From assembly GCA_001825665.1 (NCBI GenBank), contig MHXZ01000052.1:5574-69573 (forward strand): a stretch of 64,000 bases of DNA, read 5' to 3'. Under the pieces are notes generated by a model. The model worked only from the letters and a program-made list of their open reading frames with translations. It was not told the origin of the DNA and did not search any database. Made by a program: the position numbers and the translations under genes. Below are positions 36,681 to 45,674 of the stretch, in pieces (the stretch's first letter is position 1; every line of letters begins with the position of its first letter). This DNA comes from Planctomycetes bacterium GWF2_41_51 (GTDB lineage: Bacteria > Planctomycetota > Phycisphaerae > Sedimentisphaerales > UBA12454).

Positions 36681-36743
36681 TGCGGTTTCGATGCTTGTTA
36701 CGTTTTACGTACATCGTTCTACGTTACGAGCCGCGCAACCGCA
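36681..36743 (+). repeat. long imperfect hairpin B downstream of tRNA-Lys, paralogous to hairpin A
   Basis: TGCGGTTTCGATGCTTGTTACGT pairs with ACGTTACGAGCCGCGCAACCGCA. Both arms align with the arms of hairpin A (CTGCGGTT..GCTTGT..CGT). Confidence 0.7.
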
Positions 36744-36763
36744 ACCGTTCGACGCAGCATATT

Positions 36764-37411
36764 ATGGATAAAATTATCGAAAACATCAGTCCTGCAAAAA
36801 GAGTTCCTGTCTGGCACATCCACAAGCGTCTTTATGATTGGGTTTTGCATTTCGCCCATACAAAGAACAGTATGGTCGCCCTTTTCTGCATTAGTTTCGC
36901 CGAATCAAGTTTTTTCCCCGTCCCGCCTGATGTCCTTCTCGCACCGCTCGCACTCGGCGCCCCGAAAAAATGGATTCGATTCGCAACCGTCTGCTCAATC
37001 GCTTCTGTCCTTGGCGGAATTTTAGGATATTTAATAGGATTGGGATTATGGGAAGCAATCGACCAGTGGGTCTTCGCCCACATGGGTTCCCTCGGCTTTA
37101 CACAGAAAAATTTCGATACCTTCAAAAATCTCTATGATAAATACGACTTCTGGATAGTCTTCACCGCTGGCTTCACGCCCCTGCCCTACAAAGTCTGCAC
37201 AATTTCCGCCGGAGTCGCGCGTATCTTTTTCCCCGGCTTTATCATCGCTTCAGCAATAAGCAGGTCGGCAAGATTCTTCCTCGTCGCTGGCCTCTTCCGC
37301 TGGAAAGGCGAATCAATCCGCCCGTTCATAGATAAATATTTCAACCTTCTTACCCTCGTTTTCGTAATTCTTCTTGTCGGCGGTTTCCTCGCCATCAAAT
37401 TGTTCCATTAA
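36764..37411 (+). CDS. YqaA-family (DedA/VTT-domain) membrane protein
   Basis: ESSFFPVPPDVLL motif. The ATG at 36764 is used because the ORF-track start at 36626 runs through the tRNA gene. Confidence 0.75.
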   Translation: MDKIIENISPAKRVPVWHIHKRLYDWVLHFAHTKNSMVALFCISFAESSFFPVPPDVLLAPLALGAPKKWIRFATVCSIASVLGGILGYLIGLGLWEAIDQWVFAHMGSLGFTQKNFDTFKNLYDKYDFWIVFTAGFTPLPYKVCTISAGVARIFFPGFIIASAISRSARFFLVAGLFRWKGESIRPFIDKYFNLLTLVFVILLVGGFLAIKLFH

Positions 37412-37417
37412 AATAAG

Positions 37418-37981
37418 ATGAATCCCGAACAAAGCAAAAAATTACTTACCGTAGCCAGAAACGCAGTCAGTGCCGCTGTCTCAGGAAAAAAACCTCCAAA
37501 GGTTTCCTCCGATGACCCCGTCCTCAACGAACACTGTGGCTGTTTCGTTACTCTGAAAAATAGAAACGAACTTCGAGGCTGCATCGGTATGTTTACTTCC
37601 GATAAACCATTGATTGAATTAATCAGCGATATGGCTGTTGCATCCTCAACGCAGGATTCGCGTTTTTTCTCGGACAGAATTACCCCCAAAGAGGTAGATG
37701 AGCTTGATATCGAAATTTCAGTTCTTTCACCCCTAAAAAAAACCGATAATCCCCTTACCTTGCGTCTCGGAATAGATGGTATATATATCCGTAAGGGTTA
37801 TGCCAACGGCTGTTTCCTCCCGCAGGTCGCCGATGAAACAGGCTGGAACAAAGAACAGTTTCTTTCCTATTGCTGTTCACATAAAGCCGGTCTGCCGCCC
37901 GACGCTTGGAAAGACAAAAAAACCGAAGTTTATTTATTCACCGCGGAAATTATTGAAGAAAATGAAAAAAACACAAATTAA
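37418..37981 (+). CDS. AMMECR1-domain protein (AmmeMemoRadiSam system protein A-like)
   Basis: CGCFVTLK...LRGCIG signature. 187 aa. Confidence 0.85.
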   Translation: MNPEQSKKLLTVARNAVSAAVSGKKPPKVSSDDPVLNEHCGCFVTLKNRNELRGCIGMFTSDKPLIELISDMAVASSTQDSRFFSDRITPKEVDELDIEISVLSPLKKTDNPLTLRLGIDGIYIRKGYANGCFLPQVADETGWNKEQFLSYCCSHKAGLPPDAWKDKKTEVYLFTAEIIEENEKNTN

Positions 37982-39071
37982 TAAAATTCTTGGCCGGAGG
38001 CCTTTCCTCTACTTTTCACTTTTAGTTTTTAACTTTTCACTTATTTGCGTCCTTATTCCATTCATTGCAGGATGTGAGCAAAACAGCAAAATTGTCAATT
38101 CAAATGCTCCCGCCAAACTCTCAACTGCCGATGGCCTCATTAAATATGTCGCGCCGCTTCCCGCTGTTCAAAACGCTCAACCCTGGGAAAACCCCTACGG
38201 CAGCGGAATCATTATCGAAACCGTTCATTATAAAATCTATACAACTATGCTTGAGCCGCTCATGCTCAAACAAATCCCCGCTTTCGTCGAAGCCGCATGG
38301 CAGCAATATCAAAGCCAGCTCCCGCAATCCGTCAACGGCGGAGAAAAATTCAAACTCTACCTCTTCAAAGACCGCGCTCAATGGGAGCAGTTCACAAAAT
38401 CTTTCACCGGTCATCAATTCCCCATTTACCAGAAAATCAAAAAAGGTGCATACTATTTAAATGATTGCACCGTCGCGTATAACATCGGAAGAACCAGAAC
38501 TTTCAGCGTCATCGGCCACGAAGGCTGGCACCAGTTCTGCAATAGATATTTCAAATACCGACTCCCAAGCTGGCTCGACGAAGGAATTGCGCAGCTCTTC
38601 GAAGAAAGCACGATGGAAAACGGCAGATTCATTTTCCTGCCCGCCAAAAATTACCAGAGACTCGGCGCTCTGAAAATTTCTATCCAAAACAAAAAGATGA
38701 TTCCGCTTCGAACACTCATCTCGTTAAACCCCGGCCAGGTCATCGCCAACAACCAGGCCGACTCAGCCGCTATCGCCTTTTACGCTCAATCTTATGCTCT
38801 CGTCCGATTCCTTCGCGAAGACAACTACGGCAAAAGACTTGGCAGTTATTACCAGATGATGCTCGGCGCACTCAACGGCACATGGCCCATTAGCGAGTCC
38901 GAATCGCAAATCGCCTCGAACAGAAATATTCCCGTTACCGCTCAATGGAACAGCTTCATCGCTCAAAAACTTTTCAGTATTTATTTGAATCAGGAAATAG
39001 AAAAAATCGAACCGGAATACCTTGCCTTCTGCGGCAAAATCACGTATCCTATCTCCGTCAAAAGTTATTAA
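37962..39071 (+). CDS. hypothetical secreted protein with HExxH-like motif (possibly DUF1570-like)
   Basis: The ATG at 37962 (MKKTQINK) is followed by a hydrophobic signal/anchor with Cys. GHEGWHQF motif. The ORF-track start at 37776 overlaps the AMMECR1 gene and is rejected. Confidence 0.55.
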   Translation: MKKTQINKILGRRPFLYFSLLVFNFSLICVLIPFIAGCEQNSKIVNSNAPAKLSTADGLIKYVAPLPAVQNAQPWENPYGSGIIIETVHYKIYTTMLEPLMLKQIPAFVEAAWQQYQSQLPQSVNGGEKFKLYLFKDRAQWEQFTKSFTGHQFPIYQKIKKGAYYLNDCTVAYNIGRTRTFSVIGHEGWHQFCNRYFKYRLPSWLDEGIAQLFEESTMENGRFIFLPAKNYQRLGALKISIQNKKMIPLRTLISLNPGQVIANNQADSAAIAFYAQSYALVRFLREDNYGKRLGSYYQMMLGALNGTWPISESESQIASNRNIPVTAQWNSFIAQKLFSIYLNQEIEKIEPEYLAFCGKITYPISVKSY

Positions 39072-39085
39072 TTAAAAATTCAAAA

Positions 39086-39655
39086 TTGAAAATTAATGAT
39101 TTCATTCTCGCTTCTGCTTCACCAAGAAGAAAAGAACTTCTTGAAAAGGCAGGCTATGAATTTAAGATTGTCGTCTCTGACATAGACGAGTCGAACATAT
39201 CTCAGGATATGCCGCCAATCCAATACGCCTGCACACTCGCACTTGCAAAAGCAAAAAACATAGCTGAAAAATTTCCTGATATGTTAGTTGTCGGCGCAGA
39301 TACAATCGCCGATTTTAATGGCGAAATTATTGGCAAAGCCGAGGACGCCGCCCACGCCGAGGAGATTACAAGAAAGCTTTTCAACCAGCCCCACAAAATC
39401 ATAACTGCAATTGCGATGATAAAGATTAATGACGGTTTGGAAAAAGTCGAATACGATATAACGACCGTCTACCCGCGAAAGATGACTGACGAGGAGATTG
39501 CCGAGCACATTGCATCCGGCACATGGCAGGACAAAGCCGGCGCGTATGCGATCCAGGAAAGCGGCGACAAATTTATCGAAAAAATCGACGGAAGCCTCAC
39601 AAATGTCATGGGCTTCAGTATGGAGTTGTTTGAAGATATGATAAAAAAACTTTAA
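39086..39655 (+). CDS. maf: Maf-family nucleoside triphosphate pyrophosphatase
   Basis: ILASASPRRKELL near the N-terminus and a Maf-like sequence throughout. There is no in-frame ATG, so the TTG at 39086 is proposed as the start. Confidence 0.8.
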   Translation: MKINDFILASASPRRKELLEKAGYEFKIVVSDIDESNISQDMPPIQYACTLALAKAKNIAEKFPDMLVVGADTIADFNGEIIGKAEDAAHAEEITRKLFNQPHKIITAIAMIKINDGLEKVEYDITTVYPRKMTDEEIAEHIASGTWQDKAGAYAIQESGDKFIEKIDGSLTNVMGFSMELFEDMIKKL

Positions 39656-39666
39656 CAAGTGATTAG

Positions 39667-39734
39667 CCCCCGGACCCGTGCCGGGGGTCGTAAAATAAAA
39701 TCGTTTCCAACTTTTCCCGGACCCGTGCCGGGGG
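39667..39734 (+). repeat. two copies of a GC-rich hairpin CCCGGACCCGTGCCGGGGG
   Basis: Copies lie at 39667-39687 and 39716-39734. Stem CCCGG/CCGGG, loop ACCCGTG. Identical over 19 nt. Confidence 0.85.
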
Positions 39735-39811
39735 AATTTGCCTTGCAGATTTTATATTGACGCTCTTATAATTAAACAATAACTACCCTGAATAACCTTA
39801 AATTTCCTTGC

Positions 39812-39871
39812 TTTTCATTCACTTTTTCCACACTTTTTCCACACTTTTTTTCGCTTTTTAGAGGCTTTTTT
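39812..39871. other. six phased T-tracts (predicted intrinsically curved DNA)
   Basis: T4-T7 runs start at 39812, 39823, 39834, 39845, 39855 and 39866, giving spacings of 11, 11, 11, 10 and 11 nt. Confidence 0.7.
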
Positions 39872-39873
39872 GT

Positions 39874-40008
39874 GCGCAATTATGACGCAAAAATTGCACA
39901 ATCGCATCGGAGCGAAGCAGAGACCCCCGTTTTATTTAGAAAGTTTTCACCTCGAAGAAAACTTTAGAGGGGGCAAATTCCGCGCAAGTTTTAAATTGCG
40001 CTTTTTTT
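39874..40008 (+). ncRNA. candidate structured RNA / attenuator ending in an intrinsic terminator
   Basis: Hairpin 39874-39900. Long hairpin CCCCC..AAAGTTTTC-loop-GAAAACTTT..GGGGG (39924-39973). Terminator GCGCAA-GTTTTAAA-TTGCGC plus T7 (39982-40008). The 5' GCGCAATT can pair alternatively with AATTGCGC in the terminator. Confidence 0.35.
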
Positions 40009-40090
40009 GTCAATTAAAAATATTTATTGTCCGGAATTCCCGTTAACCAATTTCACTGATCACTTTTGACTTTTCGCTTATTTAAATTTC

Positions 40091-40118
40091 TTGAACAATA
40101 TTGATTTAAAAGTATAAT
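40091..40118 (+). promoter_or_regulatory. candidate sigma70 promoter of the 40174 gene
   Basis: TTGAAC, a 16-nt spacer, then TATAAT. Confidence 0.5.
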
Positions 40119-40173
40119 AATGATAAGATAGATAAAAGTTTATGGCGCAATAATTTAATACCCTATTTACAGG

Positions 40174-41436
40174 ATGATTATTATGGCTGGAATGTTCTAC
40201 ACATTACAGGAAGTGGTCGAAAAATTAGGTAAAAACGAAGCTGAAATCAAGTCTCTTGTTAAAGAGGGCAAACTTCGCGAGTTCCGCGATGGCGCTAAGC
40301 AGCTTTATAAAATAGAGGATGTTGATGCCATTGCCTCTTCTTCCCAGCCCGGTTCGGTTTTAAACGATTCTCTTGAAATTTCCATTGACGAAAGCGGCGA
40401 AGTTTCCCTCGCACCAGAAGAGCTGGATGCCCTTATGGGAACAGGAGATAAGAACCTTGACACCAAATTCTCGCTCGACGAAACAGGCGAGCTTATGGCC
40501 GATGAAAAGCTTGACGATACCCCCAAAACCGGCACAGGCAGCGGAAGCGAAATTCTCCTTTCACCCGCTGAATCCGGCCAAAACGCCAGACTCGACACCG
40601 GCACGAATATGCCTTCTGACGGCAACGCTTCAGTCGGCAGCATTTCTCTTGAATCTTCACAGCAGGGAACCGAATTAACCAATGGCGACACAAAAATTGC
40701 CCCCGGCGGCGATACAATTAACGTATTATCTGATTCTGACACAGGTTACAAGATTTCCGAAGACACCAGCGGCGACACAAGCCTGATTGACAAAAAACCC
40801 AAATCTCTCGACCAGAAGGGTTCTGCAGATGATTTTGGCATAGCCCGCCTCGATGAAGATATCAATCTCGAAGGTGCCGGTAGCGGTTCCGGCTTGCTCG
40901 ATCTCTCTTTACAGGCAGATGATACCTCTCTGGGCGCTGTACTTGACGATATTTACCCTGAAAACCCATCCGCAGGCCTCGACCAGGCCCCGGCAGTTCA
41001 GGAGCCTTCTTTGGAAGAAGAGCCGCAGGATGGCAAAATGTTTGAGCCTCAACCCGAAGCAGAAGTCGAAGTTCCAGATGAAATTTTGGAACAGCCGGGA
41101 ATAGTAGTCCCTGTTGGCGCTGGAGTTGCGGTTTACGAAACACCTGCAGATACATCCAGCAACGTTTTCGGCGCTATACTGTTCATACCGTTTATAATTT
41201 TGATTTACAGTTCTATCGTTGTCATTTCAGGTTACAAACCAGTATTAAATATGACGATTGTATCCGCGATAGGCCCCATAATCTGGTATGTCGCCGCAGG
41301 TTTAGCCGCTGCAACCATCATTGGCGTTCTAATCGCTTCTACGGCGGGAGCACCTAAAAAGCCCAAAGCTCCGAAAGCGCCAAAAGCAAAGAAAGTCAAG
41401 CCGGTAAAAGAAAAAAAAGCAAAGGCTAAAAAATAA
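40174..41436 (+). CDS. hypothetical protein: N-terminal HTH (excisionase/MerR-like), long acidic low-complexity region, two TM helices, Lys/Ala/Pro-rich basic tail
   Basis: FYTLQEVVEKLGKNEAEIKSLVKEGKLREFRDG, then about 270 aa rich in D/E/S/G/T. TM helices VFGAILFIPFIILIYSSIVVISGY and IVSAIGPIIWYVAAGLAAATIIGVLIAS. Tail PKKPKAPKAPKAKKVKPVKEKKAKAKK. The start could be any of three nearby ATGs. Confidence 0.6.
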   Translation: MIIMAGMFYTLQEVVEKLGKNEAEIKSLVKEGKLREFRDGAKQLYKIEDVDAIASSSQPGSVLNDSLEISIDESGEVSLAPEELDALMGTGDKNLDTKFSLDETGELMADEKLDDTPKTGTGSGSEILLSPAESGQNARLDTGTNMPSDGNASVGSISLESSQQGTELTNGDTKIAPGGDTINVLSDSDTGYKISEDTSGDTSLIDKKPKSLDQKGSADDFGIARLDEDINLEGAGSGSGLLDLSLQADDTSLGAVLDDIYPENPSAGLDQAPAVQEPSLEEEPQDGKMFEPQPEAEVEVPDEILEQPGIVVPVGAGVAVYETPADTSSNVFGAILFIPFIILIYSSIVVISGYKPVLNMTIVSAIGPIIWYVAAGLAAATIIGVLIASTAGAPKKPKAPKAPKAKKVKPVKEKKAKAKK

Positions 41437-41486
41437 TTTATACGGATCCCAAAAAATATTCGTGCGATGCTCCGCGGGTAAAGCGA

Positions 41487-41562
41487 AGCGGGCAAAGAAT
41501 TTAACAAACCTCGCAACGCGCGAGTAATTATACCAATTGGTATTATTTCCCGCTGTTTTTTT
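41487..41562 (+). terminator. composite terminator structure containing a 14-nt perfect palindrome
   Basis: AGCGGG (41487-92) pairs with CCCGCT (41549-54) and is followed by T7. It encloses CTCGC..GCGAG and ATACCAATTGGTAT (41530-41543). Confidence 0.5.
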
Positions 41563-41702
41563 CTTAAATCGAATTGCATTTTTCTGCAAATTTTTCTGGC
41601 ATTTACATTTGCTTATTGATAGGATTTTAGCAATTGTAGCAAAGTAAGATAATGGATTAAAGTTCGCTTGGCGAACAGTTTTGTCAGGAAAGGACAATAA
41701 AA

Positions 41703-42488
41703 ATGCAGTTCAAAAATATCACATGTCTCGTAGTAATTTCATTAACTATCGCACTTTTAAGCGGTTGCGTCTCTCAGCAGCAGTATGATGACCTGAAAAT
41801 CAGAAACCGCAGTCAGCAGCAGAGAATAGATGAGCTTGAAAGCCAGCTCAACGTAGCGAAATTAAAGCTTGCCCAGGTTGAAAAGCAGCTTGCTGATGCT
41901 CAAATGGGTCTTGATGCCGATGTTGAAGCATTGACAAAACAAATCGAAGCTTTGAAAAACGATATCGCACAAAAGGAAGAACTGATCAAAAACATGCAGG
42001 CTGCTTTAGGCGGTTCCATACTTCCCCCCGAACTCTCCAGCGAATTGCAGAAATTCGCCGCTGAAAATCCTGATATGGTCAGCTTCGATGAAGCGACAGG
42101 AATGGTTAAATTCAAAAGTGATTTGCTCTTCGAAAAAGGCAGCGATGCAGTTGCCCCTGAAGCAGCAGAGCTTATGAAAAAACTCAGCACAATCATTAAT
42201 TCCCCGGCCGCTGAAGGTTTCGATGTTTCAATCGTCGGCCACACTGATGATATTCCAATCAGAAAATCTGAAACAATGAGCATGCACCCGACAAACTGGC
42301 ATCTTTCAGTTCACAGGGCAATCGCTGTTGAAAAACTTATGGAATCCAGCGGCGTAAATCCGAAACGCATGGGTGTAAAGGGCTTTGGCGAATACAGACC
42401 TTTCGAAGCAAATGAAGCCGGAAACAAAGGAAATCAAAAGAACAGAAGAGTTGAAATATACCTCGTACCGGCAGGCAGCGTCAAATAA
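41703..42488 (+). CDS. OmpA/MotB-domain lipoprotein with N-terminal coiled coil
   Basis: Lipobox LLSGC, about 100 aa of heptad-rich sequence, then an OmpA-like C-terminus (IVGHTDDIPI, NRRVEIYLV). Confidence 0.8.
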   Translation: MQFKNITCLVVISLTIALLSGCVSQQQYDDLKIRNRSQQQRIDELESQLNVAKLKLAQVEKQLADAQMGLDADVEALTKQIEALKNDIAQKEELIKNMQAALGGSILPPELSSELQKFAAENPDMVSFDEATGMVKFKSDLLFEKGSDAVAPEAAELMKKLSTIINSPAAEGFDVSIVGHTDDIPIRKSETMSMHPTNWHLSVHRAIAVEKLMESSGVNPKRMGVKGFGEYRPFEANEAGNKGNQKNRRVEIYLVPAGSVK

Positions 42489-42530
42489 GTTGGATTTTTG
42501 ATTTATTTTTATAATTTAAAGAGTAAAATA

Positions 42531-42563
42531 TCCCGTACTTGTATTCAGGTACGGGATTTTTTT
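42531..42563 (+). terminator. intrinsic terminator
   Basis: TCCCGTAC / GTACGGGA stem followed by T7. Confidence 0.8.
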
Positions 42564-42573
42564 ATAATTTTAA

Positions 42574-44571
<1,998 letters not shown>

Positions 44572-44573
44572 TA

Positions 44574-45674
44574 ATGACAGTAGATGTAAAATTCATGGAA
44601 ACTGCTTTGTCTCTCGCAAAAAAAGGATTAGGCAGTGTTGAACCGAATCCTGCTGTCGGATGCGTCATTGTAAAAGATGGAAAAATAATCGGCAAAGGCT
44701 ATCATAAAAAATTCGGCGGGCCGCATGCGGAAATAGAAGCCCTGAAAAATTGCAAAACTTCAACAAAAGGCGCAAGTTTATATGTAACTCTTGAGCCCTG
44801 CTGCCATTTCGGCAAAACTCCTCCCTGCACCGATGCCGTTATTAAAGCAAAAATAAAGAAAGTAGTCGCAGCCGTTAAAGACCCCACAAAAAAAGTCGCG
44901 GGCAAAGGTTTTAAGATTCTGCGAAAAGCGGGAATCGAAGTTGTTTCTGGAATCTGCCAAAAGGAAGCTAAAAATTTAAATGCGCCTTTTTTAAAATTCG
45001 CAAAAACCAGAAAACCTTATGTGATTGTCAAATGGGCACAAAGCAAAGATGGCTTCTTATGCCGAACCGACAAAAAACGCTGGATTACAAATGCAGCAAG
45101 CAGAAGAGATGTGCACAAATTGCGCAAAAGAGCGCAAGCTATTCTCGTCGGTATCAATACCGTCCTCGAAGATGACCCCATGCTGACAATACGGCCTGAT
45201 ACAGGCCGCCGCCCTTTGAGAGTGGTTCTCGACAGCAAACTGCAAATTCCTCTAAACTGCAATTTAATTCAAACTGCAAATGAAACGCCGGTCTGCATTT
45301 TCACAGCATCGAAGAAGAAAATTAATCTGAAAGGCGTAGAGATAATTAAAGTCTCAAAAAATAAAAACCGTCTAAATTTAAAAGCTGTACTTGCAGAGCT
45401 AGGCAAAAGAAATATTCAGCAGCTTCTGGTCGAAGGCGGTGAAAAAATCATTACTTCTTTTATCAGGCAAAATCTGGCAGATGAAATAATAGTTTATACT
45501 TCAAATGAATATCTTGGCAAAAAAGGGAAAATCACGACTTCCCCAAATATGAAAAATATATATAATCGACTCAAACATAATTCTGAATGCAAAAAAATAT
45601 TCGGAACCGATGTTCGATTAAGAGGGATAGTAAATGAAAAAAATAGAAATTTTAGGATTGGAAACGATACCTGA
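44574..45674 (+). CDS. ribD: bifunctional riboflavin biosynthesis deaminase/reductase
   Basis: HAEIEAL and PCCHFGKTPPC deaminase motifs, plus a C-terminal reductase domain. Confidence 0.92.
   Translation: MTVDVKFMETALSLAKKGLGSVEPNPAVGCVIVKDGKIIGKGYHKKFGGPHAEIEALKNCKTSTKGASLYVTLEPCCHFGKTPPCTDAVIKAKIKKVVAAVKDPTKKVAGKGFKILRKAGIEVVSGICQKEAKNLNAPFLKFAKTRKPYVIVKWAQSKDGFLCRTDKKRWITNAASRRDVHKLRKRAQAILVGINTVLEDDPMLTIRPDTGRRPLRVVLDSKLQIPLNCNLIQTANETPVCIFTASKKKINLKGVEIIKVSKNKNRLNLKAVLAELGKRNIQQLLVEGGEKIITSFIRQNLADEIIVYTSNEYLGKKGKITTSPNMKNIYNRLKHNSECKKIFGTDVRLRGIVNEKNRNFRIGNDT

Noticed and set aside
36626-36763. N-terminal 46 codons of the ORF-track call 36626-37411
   Set aside because: This extension runs through the 3' half of the tRNA-Lys gene and hairpin B. 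The YqaA-like homology begins at the ATG at 36764.
36428-36763. Considered a genomic-island integration site at tRNA-Lys
   Set aside because: There is no integrase, no direct repeat of the tRNA 3' end and no compositionally distinct block downstream. The flanking genes look like ordinary core genes.
37776-37961. N-terminal extension of the ORF-track call 37776-39071
   Set aside because: It overlaps the conserved C-terminal part of the AMMECR1 gene in another frame. A signal-peptide-like start (MKKTQINK) is available at 37962.
38945-39085. N-terminal extension of the ORF-track call 38945-39655 (Maf)
   Set aside because: It overlaps the 3' end of the preceding gene. Maf homology starts at ILASASPRR, so a TTG at 39086 is proposed instead. 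The exact start remains uncertain.
39667-39871. Considered whether the repeated hairpins and short repeats form a CRISPR array
   Set aside because: There are only two copies of the 19-nt unit. The other repeats are T-tract phasing rather than repeat-spacer architecture. No cas genes are present in the window.
39882-40046. 54-aa ORF (MTQKLHNRIGAKQRPPFYLESFHLEENFRGGKFRASFKLRFFCQLKIFIVRNSR) inside the structured non-coding region
   Set aside because: It has no Shine-Dalgarno. It spans an intrinsic terminator and strong hairpins. Its basic, low-information composition does not look coding. The region was treated as RNA structure rather than as a gene.
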